A stretch of 64,000 nucleotides of DNA from Betaproteobacteria bacterium (GTDB lineage: Bacteria > Pseudomonadota > Gammaproteobacteria > Burkholderiales > Burkholderiaceae_E). A program made the position numbers and the translations under genes. The stretch spans positions 6,800-70,799 of the forward strand of contig JANLRI010000058.1 in assembly GCA_031361565.1 (NCBI GenBank), written 5' to 3'. This document shows, in pieces, positions 26,634 through 35,396 of the stretch; position 1 is the stretch's first letter; each line of letters opens with the position of its first letter. The notes under the pieces are model-generated. The model was not told the origin of the DNA, ran no database searches, and saw only the letters and a list, made by a program, of their open reading frames with translations.

Positions 26634-27896
26634 TCACCGGCCTGTCAGGTGATGCTTCAAAATCGACTGTTTTCGGGCCCGTTTTGCTGCAAACATCGCG
26701 GTGTCAGCTTGTCGAAGTAAAGATCTCGCTTCGGTGCCGGGCCCACTCGCCACACCAACGCTGCACGCAATGTTGATGAGCATTCCGTCGATAATCGCTG
26801 GTCCGTCTACATATTTACGAATCCGATCCGCCAGTTCTTTGGGATTCGGGTGCGCAGAAGTGCAGATCACCGCAAACTCGTCACCACCAAGGCGAGCCAC
26901 GGCATCGTTTTCGCGAAGGCCCTTCGTCAGCCGGGAAGCCACTGCCTGCAGCACCTGATCTCCAACGCTATGACCAGCCGTGTCGTTCACCAACTTGAAG
27001 TCATCAATGTCCAGATAGGCAATGGAAATCGTTGTCGCACTCCGCTCAGCTCTCCTCACAAACGATTCGAAACTCCGCCGATTCGCCACACCGGTGAGGG
27101 CATCGGATTCAACCAGGGTGACCAATTCCTTCTCGGTAATGGACCGCTCAATCAGCAGCCCAGCAGAAACCGCGACTGTTGCGGCGTTGTCGACGTCGAA
27201 GGGGTGCACAATCTCGAGCTTCGGCCCAATCTCGAACCAACCAAGCAGGTCATAGGTTCGAGGGCTTCGGATTGCCACAGAGAACGCGGCTCCGGCCGTA
27301 CCAAGTTGTGTCTCCCACGCCTCGCACGATCGATGCTGGCCCACTTTTAAGGCGGCGTTTGGGGTCTTGGCCAGGCAAATTCCCAATGGATCACACACGA
27401 CCACTAGCGGCTCATCCAGCGATCCGCTTGCCACGGTTCGCACCAAGTGCTCAAGAACCTCTTCTAGCGGCGCTCCACCTGCGGCGGCATGAAACGCAAG
27501 CATGGTTTGGCGCTCCTGATTCGGCACCGATATTTGAACCAGGAAGCCCTCCACCTCAGGATTGAGCAGAAGGTTGACGCCATGAACCATTACGGTTCGC
27601 CAACCTCGGGACTCATGCCCCACACGCACACTGAGTTCGTAGCGATGGCCCTGGGTCGTTGGACCAAACCTCGGAACCGATTGCTCCGATGTGAGGATCT
27701 GCGCCACATGAGACAAGTCGTCGGGATGGAGTACTTCCAACACCGATGTACCAAGAAGTTCCTCATTGGTACTGCCGGCAAGTTCCGCAACGTTCGGCGA
27801 CAGCCAACAAATGGTTAGCTGTTTATCGAGCATCATGGCGCCCGATTTCGTCGCATACGAGAGCGCTATGCGGCTCCGCTGTACCCAATCGTTCAT
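26634..27896 (-). CDS. PAS-domain diguanylate cyclase (GGDEF)
   Basis: The C-terminal domain reads GVANRRSFESF...DIDDFKLVNDTAGHSVGDQVL...ARLGGDEFAV, with an intact GGDEF motif. The N-terminus has a PAS-like segment (LSPNVAELAGSTNEELLGTSVLEVLHPDD). Confidence 0.85.
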   Translation of the reverse strand: MNDWVQRSRIALSYATKSGAMMLDKQLTICWLSPNVAELAGSTNEELLGTSVLEVLHPDDLSHVAQILTSEQSVPRFGPTTQGHRYELSVRVGHESRGWRTVMVHGVNLLLNPEVEGFLVQISVPNQERQTMLAFHAAAGGAPLEEVLEHLVRTVASGSLDEPLVVVCDPLGICLAKTPNAALKVGQHRSCEAWETQLGTAGAAFSVAIRSPRTYDLLGWFEIGPKLEIVHPFDVDNAATVAVSAGLLIERSITEKELVTLVESDALTGVANRRSFESFVRRAERSATTISIAYLDIDDFKLVNDTAGHSVGDQVLQAVASRLTKGLRENDAVARLGGDEFAVICTSAHPNPKELADRIRKYVDGPAIIDGMLINIACSVGVASGPGTEARSLLRQADTAMFAAKRARKQSILKHHLTGR

Positions 27897-28106
27897 ACCT
27901 TTTTATCGGCCACGCAGAGCGTTTCATTGAGTTAAATGCCTTTAAATTTTTGGGCTGGCACACCTTTTGCGGGTTGTTTTGCTGCTTTTAACGGGTCCGT
28001 TCAATCCTCTTGCCACTCACACGTTGCAAACAAACTCCAACCCCTACCTTCCACGTATTGTGGTTGCATCGTCACACTTTTGCGAAATGTGCACTATTTT
28101 TAAGCC

Positions 28107-29069
28107 ATGACCACTTCACCGCCGGGGCAAAACCGCCAAATCTTTACCCCTGGTGAGCTCGGTACCGTCATTTCCGAGCTCAGAGCGCTCCGGCGGAAGA
28201 CCCAGTTTGAAGTCGCATCGGCTCTTTCTATTGACCGAAGCCAACTCGCGCACCTCGAAGGTGGTCGCTCGGGGCGTTACCTTGCGCATCTGCTCAACAT
28301 CCTCGAACACCTTGGCGCAGAGCTGCAGATTCACTGGCCAAGCGATTCAATCGAGGGAGTGTTTTCCCCCGATCGGCTTCCGTTAGCAAACTCCCTGGTC
28401 AAAATTGCTTCCCAAACTGCGACATTCGCACAAACGACAAATGCCGGAGCCGCATCACCTGCCCAAACCTTCGCACCAACCGGAACACCACCCGCAACAC
28501 CCGCCACCTCGACCGAAACACTCGACGAACGGCCGACGACACCCGCAACACCCGACGAACGGCCGATGACCCCCGAAACACCCGCAACACCAACCACCTC
28601 GACCGCAACACTCGACGAACGGCCGACGACCCCCGCAACCCGCGACGAAACACCCGCAACACCCGACGAACGGCCGACGACCCCCGCAACCCGCGACGAA
28701 CGGCCGATGACCCCCGCAACACCCGACGAACTGACGACATCACCCGAACAGGTCCAGCAGTCCGCAGCCACCGAACCCCAAAGCAGATGGCGTGTGGCAG
28801 CATTAATCGCGACCGACCTCGCTGGGACACAGCAACATAGCAATCCGACCGACCTGCTTACGATGCCGCAATACAGCGATCGGGTCGACGTGCCGGAAAG
28901 ACCGGAAGAACCAGCACCAAGCACTGTTGAATCCATTAGGGAACTTGGCGCCCCATCGGAATCCGGTTCCGCTCAGCTCACCAAAATTACCAACCAAGCG
29001 ATGAATCTTATGGCCGCCAGCCAACAGCTCACCGTAGCCCCGGTCCGCCAAACTCCGACGGAGCCGTAG
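28107..29069 (+). CDS. XRE-family helix-turn-helix protein with a long Pro/Thr-rich tandem-repeat tail
   Basis: The N-terminus LRALRRKTQFEVASALSIDRSQLAHLEGGR is HTH_XRE-like. It is followed by DERPTTPATP-type decapeptide repeats. Confidence 0.65.
   Translation: MTTSPPGQNRQIFTPGELGTVISELRALRRKTQFEVASALSIDRSQLAHLEGGRSGRYLAHLLNILEHLGAELQIHWPSDSIEGVFSPDRLPLANSLVKIASQTATFAQTTNAGAASPAQTFAPTGTPPATPATSTETLDERPTTPATPDERPMTPETPATPTTSTATLDERPTTPATRDETPATPDERPTTPATRDERPMTPATPDELTTSPEQVQQSAATEPQSRWRVAALIATDLAGTQQHSNPTDLLTMPQYSDRVDVPERPEEPAPSTVESIRELGAPSESGSAQLTKITNQAMNLMAASQQLTVAPVRQTPTEP
28524..28745 (+). repeat. ~30-nt in-frame tandem repeats (gacgaacggccgacgacccccgcaacccgc-like, ~7 degenerate copies)
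   Basis: Read directly from the sequence. Encodes DERPTTPATP / DERPMTPETP / DERPTTPATR / DETPATP / DERPTTPATR / DERPMTPATP / DELTTSPEQ. Confidence 0.85.
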
Positions 29070-29286
29070 CTAAGAAGACCATTGGCGCACCGACCCACGG
29101 GTTGATACGAAGAATCATTCAATCGTGGATTCGTACAATCGTCGAATCTTTCAACTGAATCAATCTTTCAACTGAATCAATCTTTCAATCGTGGGATCAC
29201 CTGTTCGGATTGAGCACCCGTTTCGCAACCCAGAGGTTGACTCGGCAAATTCGTGGGGCAAGGAGCGATTTAAGCTACTTTCAGCT

Positions 29287-30588
29287 CTACCTCTTCACGA
29301 CGTTTACTGCCGTTGCCAACGCTCGGTGCAGGTCGCCTTTGGGTTTCACCACAACTTCATTGAGGCCTAGCCAGACGGCCATGCTCTTTAACTCCTCGGC
29401 AAGTTCAGCGGCGACGTGAGTCTCGTCGATCCCCACTTCTCCCCACGAGGCCTGCACCAACAATTGCCCCGAGTGCCGGTCGGCCTTGAGGTCAACTCGC
29501 GCAACCAGCTCGTCTCCCAGAAGGAACGGCAGCACGTAATACCCATGGACCCGCTTGAGTTGGGGAACGTAAATCTCGATCCGGTACCGCATACCAAAGA
29601 GCTGCTCGGTGCGGGTGCGTTCCCAAATGAGCGAGTCAAACGGGCTGATCAGGGCACGAGCTTCCACACGGCGTGGCATCTTCGCTGCAGGGTTAAGCAA
29701 CAACTTGTCACCCCACCCGTCGACGGCCACCTCAACCAGTTCGCCCAGCTCGACCAGTTCGCCAATCAGCGGACGGGCGGCTGGAAGGTTGAGTCGATGG
29801 TAATCAGCGAGCTCTCGGGCGGATCCGATGCCGATGCACCGAGAGGCAATGCGGAGAAGTTCCAGGCGGGCTTCGTGTTGACTCGGCGCAGGCAGTTGAA
29901 GAATGTGGGCCGGGAACCGCTGCGACGGAATCTCATACTCGCGTTCGAAGTTCGGTCTCCTACGTCCGGCCAGCTCACCGCCCCAAAATAGGGTTTCGAT
30001 CCCGGCTTTTGCGTCGTCCCAACGCCAACCCCAATGGTCCCCCACTTGACCCACGCGCATACTCAGCTCGCTGGCAGCGATTGGCCCTCTTGCCTTTACC
30101 TCTTCCAGCACACGCGCCAAAAACTCCGGTTTCTCCGCGCGCATCTTGGCCATCCCCGACCACACTTTGTGCGTGCCTTCCCTGACCTGTTCTTTCTTCC
30201 AACGAAAGAGGGGTTCATGGGCGATAGGGAGCAGGGAAGCCTCATGTGCCCAGTACTCAAACAGTTCCCCATCGGCCTCCATTTCGCGCACCAGACGCCG
30301 AGGATGGGGGCCCAACCGGGCGAAAATCGGTAACTCTTCCGACCGTGCCAGCACGTTCACCGAATCCACTTGAAGTACACCTATGCGATCGAACACCTTA
30401 CGGATGTGACGACGGTCGATCTTGCCCGTCGGCCTTGGTTCACCGAATCCTTGAGCCGCCAGGGCAATCCGTCGTGCCTCCCCCAACGACAGCCTCGGCG
30501 TCTTTGCCACACTCGCCACTCCTGCAATTCTTGCCACACTCGTCACACTTGCCACCTTGCCACACTCGCCACCTTGCACTCTTGCCAC
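29287..30588 (-). CDS. Winged-helix DNA glycosylase family protein (YcaQ/AlkZ-like, DUF1006)
   Basis: Family-typical stretches are present: LSLGEARRIALAAQGF, IGVLQVDSVNV (a Q-phi-D motif), FEYWAHEASLLPI, and HGYYVLPFLLGDELVARVDLKADR. Coordinates give the maximal ORF. The real start is probably GTG 30510 (MAKTPRLSLGEARR...), because the first 26 codons are built from a 25-27-nt non-triplet repeat. Confidence 0.7.
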   Translation of the reverse strand: MARVQGGECGKVASVTSVARIAGVASVAKTPRLSLGEARRIALAAQGFGEPRPTGKIDRRHIRKVFDRIGVLQVDSVNVLARSEELPIFARLGPHPRRLVREMEADGELFEYWAHEASLLPIAHEPLFRWKKEQVREGTHKVWSGMAKMRAEKPEFLARVLEEVKARGPIAASELSMRVGQVGDHWGWRWDDAKAGIETLFWGGELAGRRRPNFEREYEIPSQRFPAHILQLPAPSQHEARLELLRIASRCIGIGSARELADYHRLNLPAARPLIGELVELGELVEVAVDGWGDKLLLNPAAKMPRRVEARALISPFDSLIWERTRTEQLFGMRYRIEIYVPQLKRVHGYYVLPFLLGDELVARVDLKADRHSGQLLVQASWGEVGIDETHVAAELAEELKSMAVWLGLNEVVVKPKGDLHRALATAVNVVKR

Positions 30589-30702
30589 ACTGACTACTTT
30601 CTGACCATGCAGCTTCCTCGACTCACGTTTGTGTCTAAACCGACACCCTGTGGCGCCAAGGCGCCTATTTTGCGGCTACTTGGACACAATTCTTAAAACC
30701 GC

Positions 30703-31683
30703 CTACTTGAGAGGACGAGCCTTGCGGCGTTGAATCACCAAGCCAGCAAGGGCAAGCACAACACTGAACAGCAACACGCCGGTGCCGAACACATTGATTT
30801 GTGGCGGAACCGCAGAGCGCTTCTTGGTCCAGACTTCGATCGGGAACGTGACCTTTGAGCCCGAGTTGAGGTACGTGATGATGAAGTCGTCGAGCGACAG
30901 GGCAAAAGTGAGCAATGCGGCTGCGGCGATCCCGGGGGCGATGATGGGAAGTGTCACTTTGAAGAAGGTACGCATCGGGGAGGCACCCAGGTCGGCCGCC
31001 GCTTCTTCCAACCGCCAATCAAATCCACGGATACGGGCCTTTACCGTCGTCGCCACATAGGACACGCAGAACATCACGTGCGAGATAATGATCGTGGCCA
31101 CTCCGCGGCGTACATCGGCGGTAACGAACAGCGTAAGCAGGGAGAAGCCGAGCACCACTTCTGGCATGGTGAGGGGTAACACCAGCAATGTGTTGACCAG
31201 GCCCTTTCCTTTAAACCGATACTTCACCAGGGCCAACGACATAGCTGTTCCCAGCATCACGGCAAACAACGTGGACACGAAGGCGATGCGGACGCTCAAC
31301 CAAAATGCCTGGTTAAGCGACGAGTACTTGAACGGATCCTTCCAAGCATTCAGCGAGAACTTGCCCCAGATGTAGTTGTAACGACCATCACGAAATTGCG
31401 GAACTCCACCCACTTTAACGTTGCTACCAGGGCGATTGAACGAAAACACTACGATGACGAGGATGGGTACGAACAGATAGGCCAGAGCAATTGCCGCCCA
31501 AATCGTCAGCACCTTGGACTTGATCCAGGTCCACGCCGTGGGACGGTTTGTGCGTTTCGTGTGATCAACCAGCTGGCCAGCGTTTACACGAGAGCTCGCC
31601 CCAGGACCCGCGCCACCGGAATCGAAACCACGGGAATCAAAACCACCACCGGACAACGTTGGAGCGACCACGTCGTTTGCCAT
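30703..31683 (-). CDS. potC: Polyamine-type ABC transporter permease (PotC-like)
   Basis: Multi-TM protein with a binding-protein-dependent transport signature (EEAAADLGASPMRTFFKVTLP). It lies 3 nt downstream of the other permease in a potA-D-B-C-like operon. Confidence 0.75.
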   Translation of the reverse strand: MANDVVAPTLSGGGFDSRGFDSGGAGPGASSRVNAGQLVDHTKRTNRPTAWTWIKSKVLTIWAAIALAYLFVPILVIVVFSFNRPGSNVKVGGVPQFRDGRYNYIWGKFSLNAWKDPFKYSSLNQAFWLSVRIAFVSTLFAVMLGTAMSLALVKYRFKGKGLVNTLLVLPLTMPEVVLGFSLLTLFVTADVRRGVATIIISHVMFCVSYVATTVKARIRGFDWRLEEAAADLGASPMRTFFKVTLPIIAPGIAAAALLTFALSLDDFIITYLNSGSKVTFPIEVWTKKRSAVPPQINVFGTGVLLFSVVLALAGLVIQRRKARPLK

Positions 31684-31685
31684 AA

Positions 31686-32516
31686 CTACACCAGCTCTTC
31701 CGTGCCAAGCAGGCGGGCGTACAGCAGCACACCAAGCAGAATTAAGAGCATCAGCACAAAGGACAACGCCGACATTTGCGGACGAAAGATCTCCTTCTGG
31801 AAGTTCTGCTCAATGATGTTGCCGATCATCCGCTGACTGTCGCCACCCAGGAGGTCTGCGTTGATGAAGTCACCACACGCCGGGATGAAGGTAAGCAGAC
31901 TGCCTGCGAATAGGCCGGGCAGGGAGAGGGGAAGAGTGATTTTGGTGAAGGTTCGTCGGCTATTCGCGTACAAATCGGGAGCGGCCTCGAGGAGGCGACG
32001 GTCGATTTTTTCCAAGCTCACGAAGATGGGCAGCACCATGAACGGGAGGAAGTTGTAGAGCAGCGCCCCGATTACGGCGACGTGCGTATTAAGTACCTCC
32101 CCGCCTTTGGAGAGCAACCCGGTCCACCGCAAAAACGCCGGAATCGGACCGTCGCTGTACAGCAACGTTTTCCAGGCCAGGGTTCGGATGAGATAAGTGG
32201 TGAAGAAGGGCAGCACGACAAGCCCGAGCAGGAACGTTTTGGCTTTCCCGCCCCGAATGGCGATGAAATAGGCCAGTGGATAGCCAACTACTGCTGCTAG
32301 TACCGTCGCCACCAGGGCATACACGAAAGTACGGGAGATTACCGATGAGTTTTGCGAGAACGTATCGGTGAAGTTTGCCAAGCCTTTGCCGCGGAGCGAG
32401 TTACGCCCGAGAGTAAACAGCGGAATGACGAAGAAGAAGAACAACCAGGCCAACCCCGGGGCGAGTAAGGCCCATGGAACCCATGTTTTTGTCTCACGAC
32501 CCTCACTGCTCGACAT
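31686..32516 (-). CDS. potB: Polyamine-type ABC transporter permease (PotB-like)
   Basis: Six-TM permease with an EAA loop (LEAAPDLYANSRRTFTKITLPLSLPG). Confidence 0.75.
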   Translation of the reverse strand: MSSSEGRETKTWVPWALLAPGLAWLFFFFVIPLFTLGRNSLRGKGLANFTDTFSQNSSVISRTFVYALVATVLAAVVGYPLAYFIAIRGGKAKTFLLGLVVLPFFTTYLIRTLAWKTLLYSDGPIPAFLRWTGLLSKGGEVLNTHVAVIGALLYNFLPFMVLPIFVSLEKIDRRLLEAAPDLYANSRRTFTKITLPLSLPGLFAGSLLTFIPACGDFINADLLGGDSQRMIGNIIEQNFQKEIFRPQMSALSFVLMLLILLGVLLYARLLGTEELV

Positions 32517-32630
32517 ATGTGTTCTTTCTCGAAGGAGGGATAAAACTACGCAAAGTAGCTATTGTTGGTTGTGACAGTTTCGAACAGAACCACGCCTGGC
32601 CGGGTGAAACAGGGCAAAGTGCGGAGCCGA

Positions 32631-32700
32631 ACGATCACACGATCACACGATCACACGATCGCACGATCACACGGCCGCAGGATCACACGGCCGCAGGATT
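32631..32700. repeat. Compound tandem repeat (ACGATCAC)x5 followed by (ACGGCCGCAGGATCAC)x2 in the 229-nt spacer between the binding-protein and permease genes
   Basis: Read directly: acgatcac acgatcac acgatcac acgatcgc acgatcac acggccgcaggatcac acggccgcaggatt. Confidence 0.9.
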
Positions 32701-32745
32701 GGTGGATTGCAAGTCGGTGATGCTTCAGCCCCGTTAAACTTTCCC

Positions 32746-33909
32746 TTACTGCTGTGTTGCTTGGGCGAAGGCGGTTTCGAGCGTGACGTTTTCCTTGTCG
32801 GTGAGTTGACGGAACTCATGCAGGTTGGCGTCGGCCGCTGGATTGATAAGCACGTTGCTGGCAGCTTCGGCGGACATTGATTTGCCAGCATCCTTCACCG
32901 GTGACGAGTAGCTGATCGCCTCAAAGAGCGGGCCCGAAACGGTGGGGTCGTACAAAAAGTTCATCCACGCAGCGGCCATCTCAGCGTTGCCACCTTTGGG
33001 AATGATCATGGTGTCGACCGAGCTCATAGCCCCGTCCGATGGCAACACCCACTTTAGGTCGGGCTTCTCGGCCTGAATTGAGGCCACATCACCTGACCAG
33101 GCCATACATGCGGCCAGATCGCCCAGGCGCAGATCTTCGATGTACCCGTTGCCCGTAACCTTACGGAATTGCCCACCGCTGCGAGCGGCTTTAATTTTTC
33201 CAATGGCGGCCAGACACTGGTCAATGGAAGCATCTTCTGGCTTTACCCCGTCGGCCATAAGGAAGAGGCCCACGGCATCTCGCAACTCGTTCAGGATCGT
33301 CACTTTGCCTTTAAGTTTGGGGTCAAGCAGGCCGGCAAGATTGGTGATTTCGCCGCCCACTTTCTCGGGGTAGTAAGCAATTCCCGTTTGAATAATCGCG
33401 TAGGGAAGTGAGAATTTTCGACCGGCATCCCAAACCGGATTGGCCATGGAGTCGAGGACGTTTGCCTTATTAAGGACAAGATCCGCAGGGATTTCTTGGG
33501 TCCAACCGTTTTTGATCCAGCGTGCAGCCATCCATGAGGTGGGGACGACGATATCGAAACCGATGTCTTTTCCGGCTTTCAGGTCGCCTTCATACTTGGA
33601 GGTGAACGAGTCGTTGCCGTCGATGGTGGAGCTGTACTCCACCTTGATGCCCGTGGCCTTGGTGAATGCTTTGATCGTGGCGGATTCCTGAGGGTCAGTG
33701 TCATTCTCTATATAGAGAGGCCAGGTTCCAATACGCACAACACCTTTTTTCAACGCTGACCCCGACCCTGAACCTGAGCCCGTGGCAGAGTCGGTCGAAC
33801 CCGAGCTGGATCCAGAATCACTCGAACACGCAGCTAAAACACCCGATCCTCCTACGGCGAGCAGACTAGATCGGACAAGAAAATCACGGCGACTGAGTGG
33901 CTTAACCAT
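32746..33909 (-). CDS. potD: Spermidine/putrescine-type ABC substrate-binding lipoprotein (PotD/PotF-like)
   Basis: From ATG 33909 (GAGGAG lies 8 nt upstream) the protein begins MVKPLSRRDFLVRSSLLAVGGSGVLAAC, a twin-arginine-like signal plus lipobox. The mature part, VRIGTWPLYIEND...IKVEYSS...FDIVVPTSW, is PotD/F-like. The ORF is open up to 34047, but that extension overlaps potA. Confidence 0.8.
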   Translation of the reverse strand: MVKPLSRRDFLVRSSLLAVGGSGVLAACSSDSGSSSGSTDSATGSGSGSGSALKKGVVRIGTWPLYIENDTDPQESATIKAFTKATGIKVEYSSTIDGNDSFTSKYEGDLKAGKDIGFDIVVPTSWMAARWIKNGWTQEIPADLVLNKANVLDSMANPVWDAGRKFSLPYAIIQTGIAYYPEKVGGEITNLAGLLDPKLKGKVTILNELRDAVGLFLMADGVKPEDASIDQCLAAIGKIKAARSGGQFRKVTGNGYIEDLRLGDLAACMAWSGDVASIQAEKPDLKWVLPSDGAMSSVDTMIIPKGGNAEMAAAWMNFLYDPTVSGPLFEAISYSSPVKDAGKSMSAEAASNVLINPAADANLHEFRQLTDKENVTLETAFAQATQQ

Positions 33910-34015
33910 GGGGATACTCCTCGATGCGGGGGATGCTGATTGGGCAACGGTACTGATAGCGGTGGTGATTGCTGGTGGAAATATCTGCAATCGGATTTGC
34001 CGTTTCGAACTGGCA

Positions 34016-35275
34016 TTAGAGGGAAGCTTCAACGTTGACGAGGTCAACTACGGTGTTTCCGGCGAAGGTGGTGGTTTCGGGGAGCACGTAAGCGGAACCG
34101 TTTGGCCATGAGACGAATACGTGTTCACCTGGCTTGCACTGGAATCCATCGTCGGCCTCGAGATCGGCAACCAGCTCGGTTCCATCGAGGGTCTTCACGT
34201 GCACGTCACTCGAAGCCCCGTGAAAGATCCGGTTGGTAACGACGGCCGCCAAATTTGCCTGTCCAGAAATCGGATCGTCTTCAATAATCATGCGCTCAGG
34301 GCGGATCATCACGGTGGCAGTTTGACCCACGGTAAAGGCGCGACCGTTGAGGCCACCATGGACTTCTGCCCCGCCGGAGGTGCGCACGCTTACGGTATCG
34401 GTGCTCACGGCGGTTACCGTCGCCGGAAGGAGGTTGGCTGAGCCGATAAAACTGGCCACAAAAATGCTGGCCGGACGGTAGTAAATGTCCTCTGGCGTGC
34501 CGATTTGTTCCACGCGGCCTTGGCTCATGACCACAATGCGGTCGCTCATAGTGAGGGCTTCGCCTTGGTCGTGGGTGACGAAGATGAAGGTGATGCCTAC
34601 CTCGCGTTGAATGCGCTTGAGCTCAATTTGCATGGCTTCGCGAAGCTTCAGGTCGAGGGCGGCCAGGGGTTCGTCGAGCAGCAGGGCGCTGGGTTTGTTC
34701 ACTAGGGCTCGGGCCAGGGCCACGCGTTGTTGCTGGCCACCCGACATTTGTGCTGGGTTGCGACTGGCAAATTCGCCGAGTCGAACCACGTTGAGCATGT
34801 CGATTGCTTGGGTGCGGGCGGTGGCTTTATCGACCCCGCGAGACCGGGGACCAAAGGCAACGTTGTCGAGCACGGTCATATGGGGGAACAGGCTGTAGTT
34901 CTGGAACACCGTGTTGACGTCACGTTTGTAGGCGGGGATACCGGCGACTTCTTGGCCAGAAATAAACACTTGGCCGGTGTCGGGCTGTTCGAATCCGGCC
35001 AGCATGCGCAACGTGGTGGTTTTACCGCAACCGGAAGGGCCGAGCAGGGCGACGAATTCGCCAGCGTTGATCTTGATCGACACGTTGTCTACTGCGGTCA
35101 TGGTGCCGAAGCGTTTGGTGATGTTGCGAACTTCCACCGAACCCTGTGCGCTAAGTGAAACTTGTGAACTTTGTGAAACTGGTGAACCCTGCGCGCTAAG
35201 TGAACCTTGTGAAGACCCGTGCGTCGGGTTTTTGGTGGAATCCGGCGTTGTGGTGGTTTCTTGCTGCACGCTCAT
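34016..35275 (-). CDS. potA: Polyamine-type ABC transporter ATP-binding protein (PotA-like)
   Basis: Walker A GPSGCGKTT, signature MSGGQQQRVALARAL and Walker B LLLDEPL are present, plus a C-terminal TOBE-like domain. The start is taken as ATG 35275 (MSVQQETT...). The longer ORF to 35521 would overlap the Lrp gene. Confidence 0.85.
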   Translation of the reverse strand: MSVQQETTTTPDSTKNPTHGSSQGSLSAQGSPVSQSSQVSLSAQGSVEVRNITKRFGTMTAVDNVSIKINAGEFVALLGPSGCGKTTTLRMLAGFEQPDTGQVFISGQEVAGIPAYKRDVNTVFQNYSLFPHMTVLDNVAFGPRSRGVDKATARTQAIDMLNVVRLGEFASRNPAQMSGGQQQRVALARALVNKPSALLLDEPLAALDLKLREAMQIELKRIQREVGITFIFVTHDQGEALTMSDRIVVMSQGRVEQIGTPEDIYYRPASIFVASFIGSANLLPATVTAVSTDTVSVRTSGGAEVHGGLNGRAFTVGQTATVMIRPERMIIEDDPISGQANLAAVVTNRIFHGASSDVHVKTLDGTELVADLEADDGFQCKPGEHVFVSWPNGSAYVLPETTTFAGNTVVDLVNVEASL

Positions 35276-35290
35276 AGAACTTTCCAGTAT

Positions 35291-35368
35291 TGCGCCTTTG
35301 GGCACCTTTGTGTGTCGTCGATGTGCCTTTGGGCACCTTTGTGTTCGTCGGTGTGCCGTTGGTATGCC
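35291..35368. promoter_or_regulatory. Candidate operator array: ~31-nt direct repeat (2 full copies + 1 partial), each containing the palindrome GTGCC-TTTG-GGCAC, immediately upstream of potA
   Basis: Copy 1 is tgcgcctttgggcacctttgtgtgtcgtcga (35291-35321). Copy 2 is tgtgcctttgggcacctttgtgttcgtcgg (35322-35351). The partial copy is tgtgccgttggtatgcc. The array lies between the potA start (35275) and the Lrp stop (35397). Confidence 0.5.
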
Positions 35369-35396
35369 GCCCAACCCAGCCGACCCGGTCGTAAGC

